Positions 48,293-58,422 are shown, counted from the stretch's first letter. The stretch: 64,000 bases of DNA from an uncultured Bdellovibrionales bacterium (GCA_964500505.1 CAZCNN010000001.1:66621-130620), one strand, 5' to 3'. Numbers and translations: made by a program. The notes: generated by a model from the letters alone, not told the origin.

Positions 48293-48859
48293 TTATATTT
48301 CTTCCGTTAATTGTAAAAGCGGCAGTATTTCATCGTTGTGCATACCACGCGCCACAGCGTACTCCAGATACTTGAGAGAATTTTCATGCTGTTCGGCATC
48401 GTAGGCATCGACTCCATTGAGGGCCAAGATGACTTCATAGTCACGCATATAGGCGTCGATAGCGGTCGTTCGGACGCACGTCATCGTATTGATACCAGTG
48501 AGAATGAGCGTATCAATGCCCTTTGCTACCAAGTATGTTTCGAGGTCGGTATTGAAAAAAGAACTAAAACGCTTTTTTACTATCTCTTTGTCTTCGTCAT
48601 CGCGGTGCAGTTCGGGCAGCAACCTCACGCCATCGGTACCCTCTATGGTCACCGGCTTATTATGCTTGCGATTATAAAGTGGAGCATCAGAGAGATCAGC
48701 TTTGTATTCCTGACGTATCCATATGACCGGGATACCTCGAGTGTGAGCCCTATCCACAAGTGCATTCACTGAGTTTGTGAGCTTTTCCCGACGTTCTGCT
48801 AACGGACCGCTAAGGAAAAATTCTTGCTGGAGATCAATAACGAGTAACGCTGGTTGCAT
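48293..48859 (-). CDS. Isochorismatase-family cysteine hydrolase
   Basis: 'ALLVIDLQ', 'KKRFSSFFNTDL', 'CVRTTAIDA'. Confidence 0.92.
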   Translation of the reverse strand: MQPALLVIDLQQEFFLSGPLAERREKLTNSVNALVDRAHTRGIPVIWIRQEYKADLSDAPLYNRKHNKPVTIEGTDGVRLLPELHRDDEDKEIVKKRFSSFFNTDLETYLVAKGIDTLILTGINTMTCVRTTAIDAYMRDYEVILALNGVDAYDAEQHENSLKYLEYAVARGMHNDEILPLLQLTEEI

Positions 48860-48879
48860 AGTTTGAGGCGATAAGTATA

Positions 48880-49188
48880 TTATTTCGCTTCATCCTCTAT
48901 CCACTTGGCATAAGAGGCGTTGGATTCGGCATTGAGTTTCATGATGCACGGGGCTTCGTAGGGATGGATGGCTTCGACTGCTATCTTTACCTTGACCCAA
49001 TTCTCTTTCTTGGTTTTAACCAGCGTGACAATTTCTTTACTCGTGGCAATCTCACCTTTCCACCAGTACGAGCTTTCGATAGGGAAATAGTTCACGCAGG
49101 CGATGAGTCTGTCACGAAGCAGAGCCTCCGCGACTTTCTTCGCATCTTTCTTATTCTTGTGGGCGATGTAGATGCTGATGAATTTCAT
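48880..49188 (-). CDS. cutA: Divalent-cation tolerance protein CutA
   Basis: 'LIACVN', 'SSYWWKG', 'HPYEAPCI'. Confidence 0.93.
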   Translation of the reverse strand: MKFISIYIAHKNKKDAKKVAEALLRDRLIACVNYFPIESSYWWKGEIATSKEIVTLVKTKKENWVKVKIAVEAIHPYEAPCIMKLNAESNASYAKWIEDEAK

Positions 49189-49199
49189 ATTGCTCTAAT

Positions 49200-49466
49200 C
49201 TACTTTACGGTTTCCTTACAAATCATAAGTCCACTATCCTCACGACGGCACTTCTTGCCACATTCATAATCATAATTTGATTTGCCGTTTGAAATATCTG
49301 CAACCCATAATCGACACTGATCAAGAGTCTCAAAACCAGGCATAATAACCCATTTAGAACTGTCTCCTATATTATCTTTGTCAGGATAATAGAAACCTAC
49401 CCAATCAGCGTTCTTTGAACATCCTGACAGAGCGAGTGCAAATACTATTAGTGTAATGTATTTCAT
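49200..49466 (-). CDS. Small AT-rich lipoprotein
   Basis: Lipobox LSGC; 'WVGFYYPD', 'YECGKKC'. Confidence 0.75.
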   Translation of the reverse strand: MKYITLIVFALALSGCSKNADWVGFYYPDKDNIGDSSKWVIMPGFETLDQCRLWVADISNGKSNYDYECGKKCRREDSGLMICKETVK

Positions 49467-49473
49467 TTAATAT

Positions 49474-50022
49474 TTACGCAATGGTTACAATCTGGACGCC
49501 AGCAGGAATTCTTGCCTCAGAAATTTCATGCACAAGGCCTATTCCCCTCGCTTCTTCGGCTGAAATTATACTGCCCTTTTTCATTAAATCATCGACAGTG
49601 GCGTAGTTTATAGCTGTAAAATCGCTAATGTTTTTTGCTATGTTTTCTCTGTCTCGCCTGAGAGTAGCCAATCTTTCTTCAAGCTGTTGTTCAGTTAAGC
49701 TTGATTGAGGAAAATTGGCCATCACCCCATGAAAGAGAAAAGAAGAGTTTTTCTGTGCGATGCGCTTTGTGCCAGCGGAAAATATCACACTTGCAATTGA
49801 ATCAATTTGTCCCACATTATGGACATTAATTGGTATCGGCGAAGACTTGATAAGAGTCGCAATATTCATACCATCAAAAACGCTTCCACCCGGTGATGAG
49901 ATAAGAATTGTTATTTCGGTGAATTGACTGTTTATTGCGTTTGTAATCGTAGCAAGCAGTTGTCCAGCCGACTGAGGATTTACACCAGCCTGAAAAATAA
50001 TATATAGCGGCTTCATATCCAT
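49474..50022 (-). CDS. ClpP-like protease, AT-rich
   Basis: 'ISSPGGSVFDG', 'DSIASVIFSAG', 'FLFHG', 'SAEEARGIGLV'. Confidence 0.85.
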   Translation of the reverse strand: MDMKPLYIIFQAGVNPQSAGQLLATITNAINSQFTEITILISSPGGSVFDGMNIATLIKSSPIPINVHNVGQIDSIASVIFSAGTKRIAQKNSSFLFHGVMANFPQSSLTEQQLEERLATLRRDRENIAKNISDFTAINYATVDDLMKKGSIISAEEARGIGLVHEISEARIPAGVQIVTIA

Positions 50023-50687
50023 TATTGCTTAGCTATCTTTCTAATTACATCTACTGCGGGAGAATTATAAATAAATTCTACCTGCGAACTTACCTCTGTA
50101 AGAATATTATGTGCACTTCCAGTTGCCGTAAACTCGATGTGGATCTGTCCGGGTTGTGGCATGGGTTGACCTGGGACATTCATTGCTTGTAAACCAGGTT
50201 GAACGATAACTGGTGCGCTTGTTGTAGACTGAGCTGGAGAAATTTTCTGATCTGCAATTCTTCTAATCAAATAGTCAAGAAACTCTACACTTGAATAGAA
50301 TCGACTTATAGTATCTGCTCCGGTTTCCTCAAGCTCTGAAATGAATAAATGTATACTATTGTTCCAACTATTTGTTGGTAAAAGGGTGTGCGATAATCGA
50401 TATGTATGGTTATTTAATCTGGCTTCTCTAATCCTTTGTTCTGCACTACGTATTTCTTGGAGGATGAGGCTAGCAATGTCGCGTTTCTGGTCCTGCTTTT
50501 GTTTCAAATACAAATAGTAAGCAACAAATGCTGTAAAAAGAGTTAGCGCAGCCACGAAAAACTGAGAATTAAGTGCCAACCAAACTTTTGGAAAGTTTTC
50601 AATTACAGCACTTAATATAAAGATTGCCCCAGCTAATATCGCAGTTGAAGTAACTAGATATGTTGCGAAGTCAAATACTTTTTTCAT
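50022..50687 (-). CDS. Two-TM hypothetical protein, AT-rich, coupled to the ClpP-like gene
   Basis: Two N-terminal TMs, helical cytosolic domain, TAATG stop/start overlap. Confidence 0.75.
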   Translation of the reverse strand: MKKVFDFATYLVTSTAILAGAIFILSAVIENFPKVWLALNSQFFVAALTLFTAFVAYYLYLKQKQDQKRDIASLILQEIRSAEQRIREARLNNHTYRLSHTLLPTNSWNNSIHLFISELEETGADTISRFYSSVEFLDYLIRRIADQKISPAQSTTSAPVIVQPGLQAMNVPGQPMPQPGQIHIEFTATGSAHNILTEVSSQVEFIYNSPAVDVIRKIAKQ

Positions 50688-50713
50688 ACAGTTTAGTATT
50701 AAGTTATAAGTAT

Positions 50714-50740
50714 AAAAGCGGGGCGAAATGCCCCGCTTTT
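50714..50740 (-). terminator. dnaK terminator
   Basis: AAAAGCGGGGC-loop-GCCCCGCTTTT. Confidence 0.85.
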
Positions 50741-50749
50741 ATGCTACTC

Positions 50750-52672
50750 TTATTTCTTTTCTTCTTCAACTTTGCTCTCAGGAGCCTCAGTTTCAGCGTC
50801 TTTTGGCGCATCAGCCGTACCCTCAGCCTTGGCTTCACTGGTAGCACCCTGCTTGGCGGCCTCAGCTTCAGAAGCGGCTTTGTAGAGTTTCTCACCAATC
50901 TTCTGAGCAGCTTGGGAGAGGGTCTCGGTCGCTTTCTTGATAGCGTCGAGGTCGTCACCGTTCTTTACTTTGTTGAGCTCGGTGATAGCATCCTCTACTG
51001 GCTTCTTCTCTTCGGCCGTGATCTTATCCCCTGCATCCTTCATGGCTTTTTCGGTCGTGTAGGACAGAGTGTCGGCCATGTTGCGGGCTTCGATGAGGGC
51101 CTTTTTGTTCTTATCCTCTTCGGCGTGGAGCTCGGCATCTTTCTTCATGCGCTCGATTTCATCTTTTGACAAACCGGTCGATGATTCGATGCGGATGTTC
51201 TGGCTCTTCCCTGTGGCCTTGTCTTTGGCGGACACCGTGAGGATACCAGAGGCGTCGATATCAAACGTCACCTCAATCTGTGGCACACCCCGGGGAGCCG
51301 GCATGATACCATCGAGGATGAACTGACCGAGCGATTTGTTGTCCCCTGCCATCTCGCGCTCACCCTGGAGCACATGGATCTGGACCGACGGCTGATTGTC
51401 AGAAGCGGTCGAGAATACCTGTGAGCGACTGACTGGCACGGTAGTGTTGCGGTCGATGAGTGGCGTACGGACTCCACCCATGGTCTCGATACCGAACGTG
51501 AGCGGAGTGACATCGAGGAGGAGGACATCCTTGACTGAGCCTTCGAGCACACCACCCTGGATAGCAGCACCGAGGGCGACGACTTCATCAGGGTTCACCG
51601 TGATGTTGGGCTTCTTGCCAAAGAATTTCTCTACTTCGGCGAGGACGAGAGGCATGCGGGTCATACCACCGACGAGCACCACTTCGGAGAGGTCCTTCAC
51701 GTCAATCTTGGCATCAGCCAGGGCCTTTTTCACTGGCTCAAACGAAGCCTTGACCAAATCCCCGACCAATTCCTCGAGCTTGGCCCGAGAGAGTTTGATG
51801 AGGAGGTGCTTGGGACCAGAGGCATCAGCAGTGATAAACGGCTGGTTGATTTCGGATTCCTGTGCGGTCGAGAGCTCGATCTTGGCCTTCTCGGCGGCTT
51901 CCTTGATGCGCTGGAGAGCGAGTGGGTCTTTGGACAGGTCGAGTCCTTCTTGCTTCTTGAATTCATCGAGGATCCAGTGGATAATGCGCTGGTCAAAGTC
52001 GTCACCTCCGAGATGCGTGTCACCATTGGTCGAGCGGACTTCTACCGTGTCTTCGGATACTTCGAGGATCGAGATATCGAACGTCCCACCACCGAGGTCA
52101 TAGACGGCGATCTTTTCATCTTTCTTCTTGTTGAAGCCATAGGCGAGCGCAGCAGCCGTCGGTTCGTTGATGATACGACGGACATTGAAGCCAGCGATTT
52201 CTCCCGCTTCTTTGGTCGCTTTGCGCTGTGAGTCATCGAAGTAGGCCGGGACCGTGATGACGGCATCGGTGATTTTCTCTCCGAGCTTTTCCTCGGCATC
52301 GGCCTTGAGCTTGGCCAAGACCATGGCGCTTATCTCCTGTGGGCTGTACTCCTTGCCACCCATGACGATCTTGACGCCTTCACCGGCCTGGACCACCTTG
52401 TACGGCAGAGTCTTCATGTCACGCTGGGCATCTTCGTCGCTAAAGTGTCGCCCGATGAGACGCTTGACGGAGAAGAGAGTATTCTCTGGGTTGGTGACAG
52501 ACTGACGCTTGGCGAGGAGCCCCACCAGACGCTCACCAGTCTTTGACACGGCAATCATCGACGGAGTCGTGCGATTCCCTTCTTTGTTCTCGATAATGGT
52601 CGGAGTCCCACCCTCCACGAATGCCATGGCAGAGTTGGTTGTCCCGAGATCGATTCCTAATATTTTACTCAT
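50750..52672 (-). CDS. dnaK: Chaperone DnaK
   Basis: 'GIDLGTTNS', 'DLGGGTFD', '[11 protein letters not shown]'. Confidence 0.99.
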   Translation of the reverse strand: MSKILGIDLGTTNSAMAFVEGGTPTIIENKEGNRTTPSMIAVSKTGERLVGLLAKRQSVTNPENTLFSVKRLIGRHFSDEDAQRDMKTLPYKVVQAGEGVKIVMGGKEYSPQEISAMVLAKLKADAEEKLGEKITDAVITVPAYFDDSQRKATKEAGEIAGFNVRRIINEPTAAALAYGFNKKKDEKIAVYDLGGGTFDISILEVSEDTVEVRSTNGDTHLGGDDFDQRIIHWILDEFKKQEGLDLSKDPLALQRIKEAAEKAKIELSTAQESEINQPFITADASGPKHLLIKLSRAKLEELVGDLVKASFEPVKKALADAKIDVKDLSEVVLVGGMTRMPLVLAEVEKFFGKKPNITVNPDEVVALGAAIQGGVLEGSVKDVLLLDVTPLTFGIETMGGVRTPLIDRNTTVPVSRSQVFSTASDNQPSVQIHVLQGEREMAGDNKSLGQFILDGIMPAPRGVPQIEVTFDIDASGILTVSAKDKATGKSQNIRIESSTGLSKDEIERMKKDAELHAEEDKNKKALIEARNMADTLSYTTEKAMKDAGDKITAEEKKPVEDAITELNKVKNGDDLDAIKKATETLSQAAQKIGEKLYKAASEAEAAKQGATSEAKAEGTADAPKDAETEAPESKVEEEKK

Positions 52673-52710
52673 AATCTTATATTTACTGCTTATTTATAAC
52701 TTTATAAATT

Positions 52711-53256
52711 TCAATTAACGCTCACTCTGGCTGGTCTGACTACTTTCGTACCTACTTTGTATCCCTTTTGGAGAACCTTGGCGATTTTGTGCTGTTCGCT
52801 ATTCCCCTCCTCGGTCTCCTCGGTCCCAACTGCCTCATGCAGATTTGGGTCAAATGCATCGCCTGGCTCGGCATCTATGGGAGTGACACCATTGTCGACG
52901 AGTACTGCTTCCAATTGTTTCTCAATGTACTGGATACCGGTCACCCATGGGCTGTCTTTCTGTTCGGGTGGGACATGAGATGTCGCGGCGCGGAAGTTGT
53001 CGAGCACAGGGACAATATCGAGGACGAGCTTTTCTATGAGATATCCGCCCAGTTCTTTCTGCGATTCTGCCTGCCGCTTCTTGTAGTTTTCAAAGTCCGC
53101 TTGGGTCCGTTTGAGATCATCGAGATACTCTTCGGCTTTCACCTGCCATTCTGACTTTACTTCATCAGTGTTTTCATTCGTCATCGGCTCTTCGCCTGCT
53201 TGCTCCTTGCTACTCTCTTCTTCCTCCTCATTCATTGTTGGTTTTTTCTTAAGCAT
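52711..53256 (-). CDS. grpE: Nucleotide exchange factor GrpE (start 53256 or 53235)
   Basis: 'RTQADFENYKKR', 'FDPNLHEAV', 'QKGY..VVRPARV'. Confidence 0.96.
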   Translation of the reverse strand: MLKKKPTMNEEEEESSKEQAGEEPMTNENTDEVKSEWQVKAEEYLDDLKRTQADFENYKKRQAESQKELGGYLIEKLVLDIVPVLDNFRAATSHVPPEQKDSPWVTGIQYIEKQLEAVLVDNGVTPIDAEPGDAFDPNLHEAVGTEETEEGNSEQHKIAKVLQKGYKVGTKVVRPARVSVN

Positions 53257-53373
53257 ATATTTGCACATTATTTTATTAGGATGAACGAGTGAGGGCACTC
53301 TTGGCTATCTCAAATTGTCTCTGGCGCTCTTCTTCGGTCATGACCTCTGGTTCTTCTGCTTCCGTGTCTTGGT

Positions 53374-54120
53374 CTACCATACCTGTGGGATGAAGATAAT
53401 CATCACTCCCATCGAAGTCCCGAGGAACTTGCGCATGTATTCGATAAGGGATTTGTTCTTGGCGTAGTCCATCCGCTTGGGTCCGATGATAGCGAGCATC
53501 CCGCGTCCTTCATCTGTCTGATACGGCGCTACAATCATAGAACAATTGTTGATACCGTCGATGGGGTTTTCATTGCCGATAAAGATACGCGTTTCACCGT
53601 CCTTTAGTTTGAGCATCACCCCGTCCAACTTTTCATCGAGTGAATCAAGTGTTTCGACAAGGCGACAGAGTTCATCCATTTCTTGAAACTCCGGATTGTC
53701 GATGAGATCCCGCATCCCGAAATCGTAGAATTCATCCTTGTCGACGATGCCTGAAACAGCGAGATTGCCAGAGAGAGACGAGAGGAGTTTGGCGGTACTC
53801 CGTCCTAACCGCATATGCTTGGCTTTGAGCTGGAGGAGTTCTTTCTGGAGTCGGCGCTGGTCCTCTCGGGAAAGATCGGTATCTCCCATCATCTCCTCCA
53901 CGTACATCCGATACCCGAGGTCAGTCGGGATGCGACCGGCCGAGACGTGAGGCTGATAGAGGTACCCTTCTTCCTCAAGCGTCACCATATCGTTGCGTAG
54001 AGTCGCGCTGCTTACCCCGAAGTCATAGTGCTCAAGGAGCGCCTGTGACCCCACCGGCACCGCGGTCTTGGTGTAGAGCTCGACGATAGCGGAAAGTAGT
54101 TGTTTTTGACGATCGATCAT
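53374..54120 (-). CDS. hrcA: Heat-inducible repressor HrcA (short form)
   Basis: 'PVGS', 'SSATLRNDM..LEEEGYL.QPHVSAGRIPTDLGYR', 'IIGPKRMDY'. Confidence 0.95.
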   Translation of the reverse strand: MIDRQKQLLSAIVELYTKTAVPVGSQALLEHYDFGVSSATLRNDMVTLEEEGYLYQPHVSAGRIPTDLGYRMYVEEMMGDTDLSREDQRRLQKELLQLKAKHMRLGRSTAKLLSSLSGNLAVSGIVDKDEFYDFGMRDLIDNPEFQEMDELCRLVETLDSLDEKLDGVMLKLKDGETRIFIGNENPIDGINNCSMIVAPYQTDEGRGMLAIIGPKRMDYAKNKSLIEYMRKFLGTSMGVMIIFIPQVW

Positions 54121-54198
54121 AGGAAGAAGCTTTTAGCTTATAGGCATTAGCTTGTAGGAAATACCCCGGGAAAAATCATAAAACTTCAATACAATTTC

Positions 54199-54239
54199 AT
54201 TATAATAAGTGGTTAGCACTCTGTCAAGTCGAGTGCTAA
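54199..54239 (-). promoter_or_regulatory. Consensus promoter overlapped by a perfect CIRCE operator
   Basis: TTAGCACTC-N9-GAGTGCTAA at 54213-54239; TTGACA (54227-54222)-N17-TATAAT (54204-54199). Confidence 0.95.
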
Positions 54240-54323
54240 TTGGAAGTTTTTGGCACGCCACCACACCAATTTTAAGGCTTTATAAAAGTAATTCTTCGAG
54301 AGTGGTCATTGGTGTGGTGGAAT

Positions 54324-54400
54324 AAAAAAAGCCCGCCCGAATCGCAATGATGAGTTGCGAATCGTTGCGGGCAGGCCCTCTGGAGAAGTCTCCTTTGGGC
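54324..54400 (-). terminator. Terminator split by a palindromic insertion
   Basis: Hairpin GCCC..GGAG/CTCC..GGG, then insert CCTGCCCGCAA...TTCGGGCGGG (54332-54375), then CTTTTTTT. Confidence 0.6.
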
Positions 54401-54419
54401 GATGTGACTTGGTCGTGGC

Positions 54420-54644
54420 TCAGTGACTGGGCCGATTGAGGGCGTCGACCACTCGCTGACACAAATCGCAATTCGGACAAGGTCTCGGGCCGAGAACGCA
54501 CTCATCGTTTCGAAATGACCACGATGCATGGCGCAGATTCGTCCGCGCCTCGAGACGAGCGCACCAGGTGACTTCAGCAGGCAACACATTCACGGCATCT
54601 GGGTCAGCTGGTGACTTAGCCGACATAAGTGACAACTGCATCAT
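54420..54644 (-). CDS. 74-aa Cys-rich orphan
   Basis: AAGGAG SD, ATGA overlap with the upstream stop; CxxCxxC. Confidence 0.6.
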   Translation of the reverse strand: MMQLSLMSAKSPADPDAVNVLPAEVTWCARLEARTNLRHASWSFRNDECVLGPRPCPNCDLCQRVVDALNRPSH

Positions 54645-54823
54645 GTCTCCTTAGGTTGCGCCAGAGTGGCGTGGTTGTCGCAGTACGTACGCGACACGCA
54701 GGCGAGGCAGTGCTCGCTCCCGCGAAGTCTTGACGTGTCAGCGATAGGGACCTGGACCCCGGTACCCTGGCCCTTGGACAGGCACAGGATAACCGGGACA
54801 GAAAGTGGGATAGGTATTCCCAT
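54641..54823 (-). CDS. 60-aa Cys-rich orphan
   Basis: TAGGAG SD overlapping the upstream stop; CxxC..C. Confidence 0.6.
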   Translation of the reverse strand: MGIPIPLSVPVILCLSKGQGTGVQVPIADTSRLRGSEHCLACVSRTYCDNHATLAQPKET

Positions 54824-54831
54824 GTTGTCTC

Positions 54832-55227
54832 CTAACGGTTGCGAGTGTGGGGACGGTTGGAGCGTTGCCGAGGCCAGCGTCGATGATGCGCGGGACCATA
54901 GGGTGAATACCCCGATATTGAAGGCATGACGCGCTTTGTACGAGAAAGCAGAGTCACTGCCGGCTCGTCAATGGTGAGGTTGTCGAGCCTCGGCTCCCCG
55001 AGGTCGGGGCACTGGTCCAAATCACCCGCGACAGCCTTGAGGAGTCGCGCTATCGCATCACTGTCATCGCAAATCAGGACGCGATTGGTGGGCACGCGCT
55101 CAAAGAGGGCGCCGGGTTCACGCAAAGCACGCGCTTGCTCCACGGTCATAAAGACCACGCCGACATGCACGGCCAACCCAGCCGTGACAACCACGGCGGG
55201 GTCTTGATCATTTTCATCAATCATCAT
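54832..55227 (-). CDS. 131-aa orphan
   Basis: GAGGAGG SD, ATGA overlap. Confidence 0.65.
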   Translation of the reverse strand: MMIDENDQDPAVVVTAGLAVHVGVVFMTVEQARALREPGALFERVPTNRVLICDDSDAIARLLKAVAGDLDQCPDLGEPRLDNLTIDEPAVTLLSRTKRVMPSISGYSPYGPAHHRRWPRQRSNRPHTRNR

Positions 55228-55556
55228 GCCTCCTCAATTCGTTGAGTTGCGGATCCCCAATCAACTCCCCAGATAATCGGGGTGTCGTGCCCTGAGTGGG
55301 AGATTCTGAATTTCGCGCTCACGGGGTCAACGATGTCATCACAGGCCTGACAACAAGTCCAGCGGTCGCCATGACTCCCATACCTGTTCTTGTCTGTGAT
55401 GACCGTCTTGCAAGCCGGGTTGAGACATCGGGAGGTCTCGGTAGATTCGGCCTTTGCCACTATGCTTTGATCAGCTGGGGCTGGGGCCGGATTCGAAGTC
55501 CCTGCAGCCTGTTGATTCTGGGCGACTCTCTTGGCCCGCCTTGTCCTCGTGTTCAT
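55224..55556 (-). CDS. 110-aa orphan with treble-clef-like Cys motif
   Basis: AGAGGA SD; 'CLNPAC..TCCQAC'. Confidence 0.65.
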   Translation of the reverse strand: MNTRTRRAKRVAQNQQAAGTSNPAPAPADQSIVAKAESTETSRCLNPACKTVITDKNRYGSHGDRWTCCQACDDIVDPVSAKFRISHSGHDTPIIWGVDWGSATQRIEEA

Positions 55557-55581
55557 GCAATCCTCTAGGTTGGTAAGAAAA

Positions 55582-55818
55582 CTATACGACAGGGTCATAG
55601 CCCCCGTCGTGCCACGGATGGCAGCGGATGATGCGCTTGGCGCTCATCCAACTTCCTCGGAACACTCCATACCGGGCGATAGCCTGATAGGAATACTCTG
55701 AGCAGGTAGGATAGAAGCGACAGAACCGCATCGGTATGACTCGACCGATAATCCCATGATCAAAAGAGAGGGTCTTTTGATAGATGCGAATGATGCCGAG
55801 AGCGATGCTTTTGAACAT
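55582..55818 (-). CDS. yidD: Membrane protein insertion efficiency factor
   Basis: '[10 protein letters not shown]', '[14 protein letters not shown]'. Confidence 0.95.
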   Translation of the reverse strand: MFKSIALGIIRIYQKTLSFDHGIIGRVIPMRFCRFYPTCSEYSYQAIARYGVFRGSWMSAKRIIRCHPWHDGGYDPVV

Positions 55819-55919
55819 ATCGTCATTGTCTCTTGTTTCCAGCTTTTGTCAATGGTATAATGTTGAGGAAACAAACACAAAGAGATTCTCAGCCCAGGGC
55901 TGATGATTTTTCTGGCTCA

Positions 55920-56828
55920 ATGAAAACGATACAACACAAAAACCTTACGTGGATTGATTTCGAGGACCCGACTCCGGATGATATCACCTACCTCCAGGAG
56001 AACTTCAATATCCACCCCCTCGCTATCGAGGAACTGGTCACCCCGACCTATCAGCCCAAAGTCGTTCAGTACGATGGGTGTTTGTTTTTTTCGATTCATA
56101 TCCCCCTCTTTGATACTAAACTCCGCACTACCTATCCTGGTGAGCTCGATATCATCCTGACCAAGGAGCACCTCATCACCAGCCATCGCCACACCATCTA
56201 CCAGCTCACAAGTTTTTTTGATTTGCTTGAACAAAGTGAGGGCAAGCGTCGCCTCTACCTCGAAAGCAATCCCGCCCGGCTCCTCCATCATATCCTCGAA
56301 ATTCTCCTCAATTCTTGTTTCCCCAAGCTCGACCATATCACCGAAAAGCTCGACTTTATCGAGATGCAGGTATTCTCGGGCAAAGAGAAAGAGATGGTAC
56401 TCGAAATCTCGGTACTCAAGCGTGATATCCTCAATTTCCGCCGAACACTCAAGCCCCAGCGGGCCATCATCGAGTCGCTCATCCAGCGTGACCACCCCCA
56501 TATCCCGAACGAGCTCACCGTCTACTACCAGGACCTCATCGGTACCAATATTCGCCTGTGGAACCTCCTCGAGAGCCAAAAAGAGACTATCGAAGCGCTT
56601 GAGGACACCAACAACTCCCTCCTCTCAAACAAGCTCGATCAGACGATGAAAATACTCACCATTTTTTCGGCTATCCTCCTCCCACTCACTGCCTATTCCA
56701 ACATGATGTCGATGAATGCCGCTGTGCCCTTTATCCACAACGACTTCGGCTTTTGGATTCATCTCCTCATAATGGGGTTCATCTCGATTATCACCTTTGC
56801 CATCTTCAAGGTCCGCAATTGGCTGTAG
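55920..56828 (+). CDS. CorA-family metal transporter
   Basis: 'TWID', 'IHPLAIE', 'MKILTIFSAILLPLT', SMN in place of GMN, two C-terminal TMs. Confidence 0.9.
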   Translation: MKTIQHKNLTWIDFEDPTPDDITYLQENFNIHPLAIEELVTPTYQPKVVQYDGCLFFSIHIPLFDTKLRTTYPGELDIILTKEHLITSHRHTIYQLTSFFDLLEQSEGKRRLYLESNPARLLHHILEILLNSCFPKLDHITEKLDFIEMQVFSGKEKEMVLEISVLKRDILNFRRTLKPQRAIIESLIQRDHPHIPNELTVYYQDLIGTNIRLWNLLESQKETIEALEDTNNSLLSNKLDQTMKILTIFSAILLPLTAYSNMMSMNAAVPFIHNDFGFWIHLLIMGFISIITFAIFKVRNWL

Positions 56829-56946
56829 CTTGGGGGAGCAGAATGTAGAACATAGAAAGGAGAATGACGAGAAAAACCGACTGCTCGGCTTGCTTTGGGC
56901 CACGTTATTCTCTATGCTGTATTCAAGAATCACTATTCTCTATTCC

Positions 56947-58362
56947 ATGCAACTCTACAATACCCTCACCAAGCAAAAGGAAGCATTCAACCCGCTCCAT
57001 ACTGGCAAGGTGGGCATGTATGTCTGTGGGCCGACCGTCTATGACTACATCCACATCGGCAATATCCGCGCCTATACTTTTGCGGATACCCTCCGCCGGG
57101 TGCTTGAGGATATCGGCTACGAAGTGCGCCTGATCAAAAACATCACCGACGTCGGCCACCTTACCGCCGATGATATCGCCCAGGGTGATAGCGGTGAAGA
57201 CAAAGTCGCCAAAAAAGCAGCCAAAGAACACAAGACTCCGGAAGAAATTGCTCGGTTCTACGAGGAGTATGCCCTCACGACCGAGAAGCAGATGAACATC
57301 GAACCAGCTCATTACTTTCCCCGGGCCACGGCACATATCAAGCAGATGATCGTGCTCATCGAAGAGCTCATCGCCAAGGGTCACGCCTATGAGAAGAATG
57401 GCAATGTTTTCCTCGATGTGACGACCTTTCCCGACTATGGTCGTCTCTCTGGCAATACTCTCGCCAATCTCGAAGTGGGCGCCCGGCTCGAAGAGCATCC
57501 CGACAAGCGGAATCCGTGGGACTTCGCGCTCTGGCTCCATGCCCCCGAGGGACACCTCATGCATTGGCCCTCCCCTTGGAGCGAGGGCTATCCTGGCTGG
57601 CACATCGAGTGTAGCGCGATGAGCATGGAGTATCTCGGGGATACGCTCGATATCCATACTGGTGGTGAAGACAATATCTTTCCGCATCACGAAGCAGAAA
57701 TCGTCCAGTCAGAGGGGGTGACCGGCAAGCCATTTGTACGGTATTGGCTCCACACGCGCCACATGCTCGTCGACGGTACCAAAATGTCCAAATCCAAGGG
57801 GAACTTCTATGTCCTCGAGGACCTCATCACCCGGGGCTATACCCCAATGGATTTCCGCATGCTCCTCACAAGCGCTCACTATCGGAGCCAGATGAATTTC
57901 ACTTGGGAGTCGCTCGAGCAAGCGAAGAAAAACAAAGAAACGCTCTTTGCTATCGTCAGTCGCCTGTCTGATATTCCTGCTGCCGAAAACGATGCTACGG
58001 GATTCGATGGAGCTGAATCGCTCAGTGCGATACGGAGCGCCATGCAAGACGACCTCAATACTCCCGAAGCCCTTGCCCTCACGCTCGAACTCTCAAAGAA
58101 AATCAATACCCTGCTCGATAGCAAAGAACGGGTCAATGCTACCGTGCTCGGACTCGTATTTGAAAAAATATTTTTCTTCTTTGGTCTGGCTCTCGAGAAT
58201 CAGGTTATCCCCGAGGCCATCCATGCCCTCGCCAAAGCCCGTGACACCGCCCGCGAGAATCGTGACTGGGCCGAGTCTGACCGTCTGCGCGATGAGATAG
58301 CGACCGCGGGCTACAAAGTCGAAGACACCGCTCGTGGCTATCGTTTGAAAAAGGCAAATTAA
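56947..58362 (+). CDS. cysS: Cysteine--tRNA ligase
   Basis: '[12 protein letters not shown]', '[10 protein letters not shown]', 'KMSKS'. Confidence 0.97.
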   Translation: MQLYNTLTKQKEAFNPLHTGKVGMYVCGPTVYDYIHIGNIRAYTFADTLRRVLEDIGYEVRLIKNITDVGHLTADDIAQGDSGEDKVAKKAAKEHKTPEEIARFYEEYALTTEKQMNIEPAHYFPRATAHIKQMIVLIEELIAKGHAYEKNGNVFLDVTTFPDYGRLSGNTLANLEVGARLEEHPDKRNPWDFALWLHAPEGHLMHWPSPWSEGYPGWHIECSAMSMEYLGDTLDIHTGGEDNIFPHHEAEIVQSEGVTGKPFVRYWLHTRHMLVDGTKMSKSKGNFYVLEDLITRGYTPMDFRMLLTSAHYRSQMNFTWESLEQAKKNKETLFAIVSRLSDIPAAENDATGFDGAESLSAIRSAMQDDLNTPEALALTLELSKKINTLLDSKERVNATVLGLVFEKIFFFFGLALENQVIPEAIHALAKARDTARENRDWAESDRLRDEIATAGYKVEDTARGYRLKKAN

Positions 58363-58422
58363 AAAGGAGCTCCCCGTAGGATGCTCCTTATGTTTAGGCT
58401 TTGTCTCACAGTGAGACATGGA

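Noticed and set aside
44000-48300. Prophage or integrative element
   Set aside because: No integrase, terminase, capsid or replication genes; orphans are interleaved with host-like genes.
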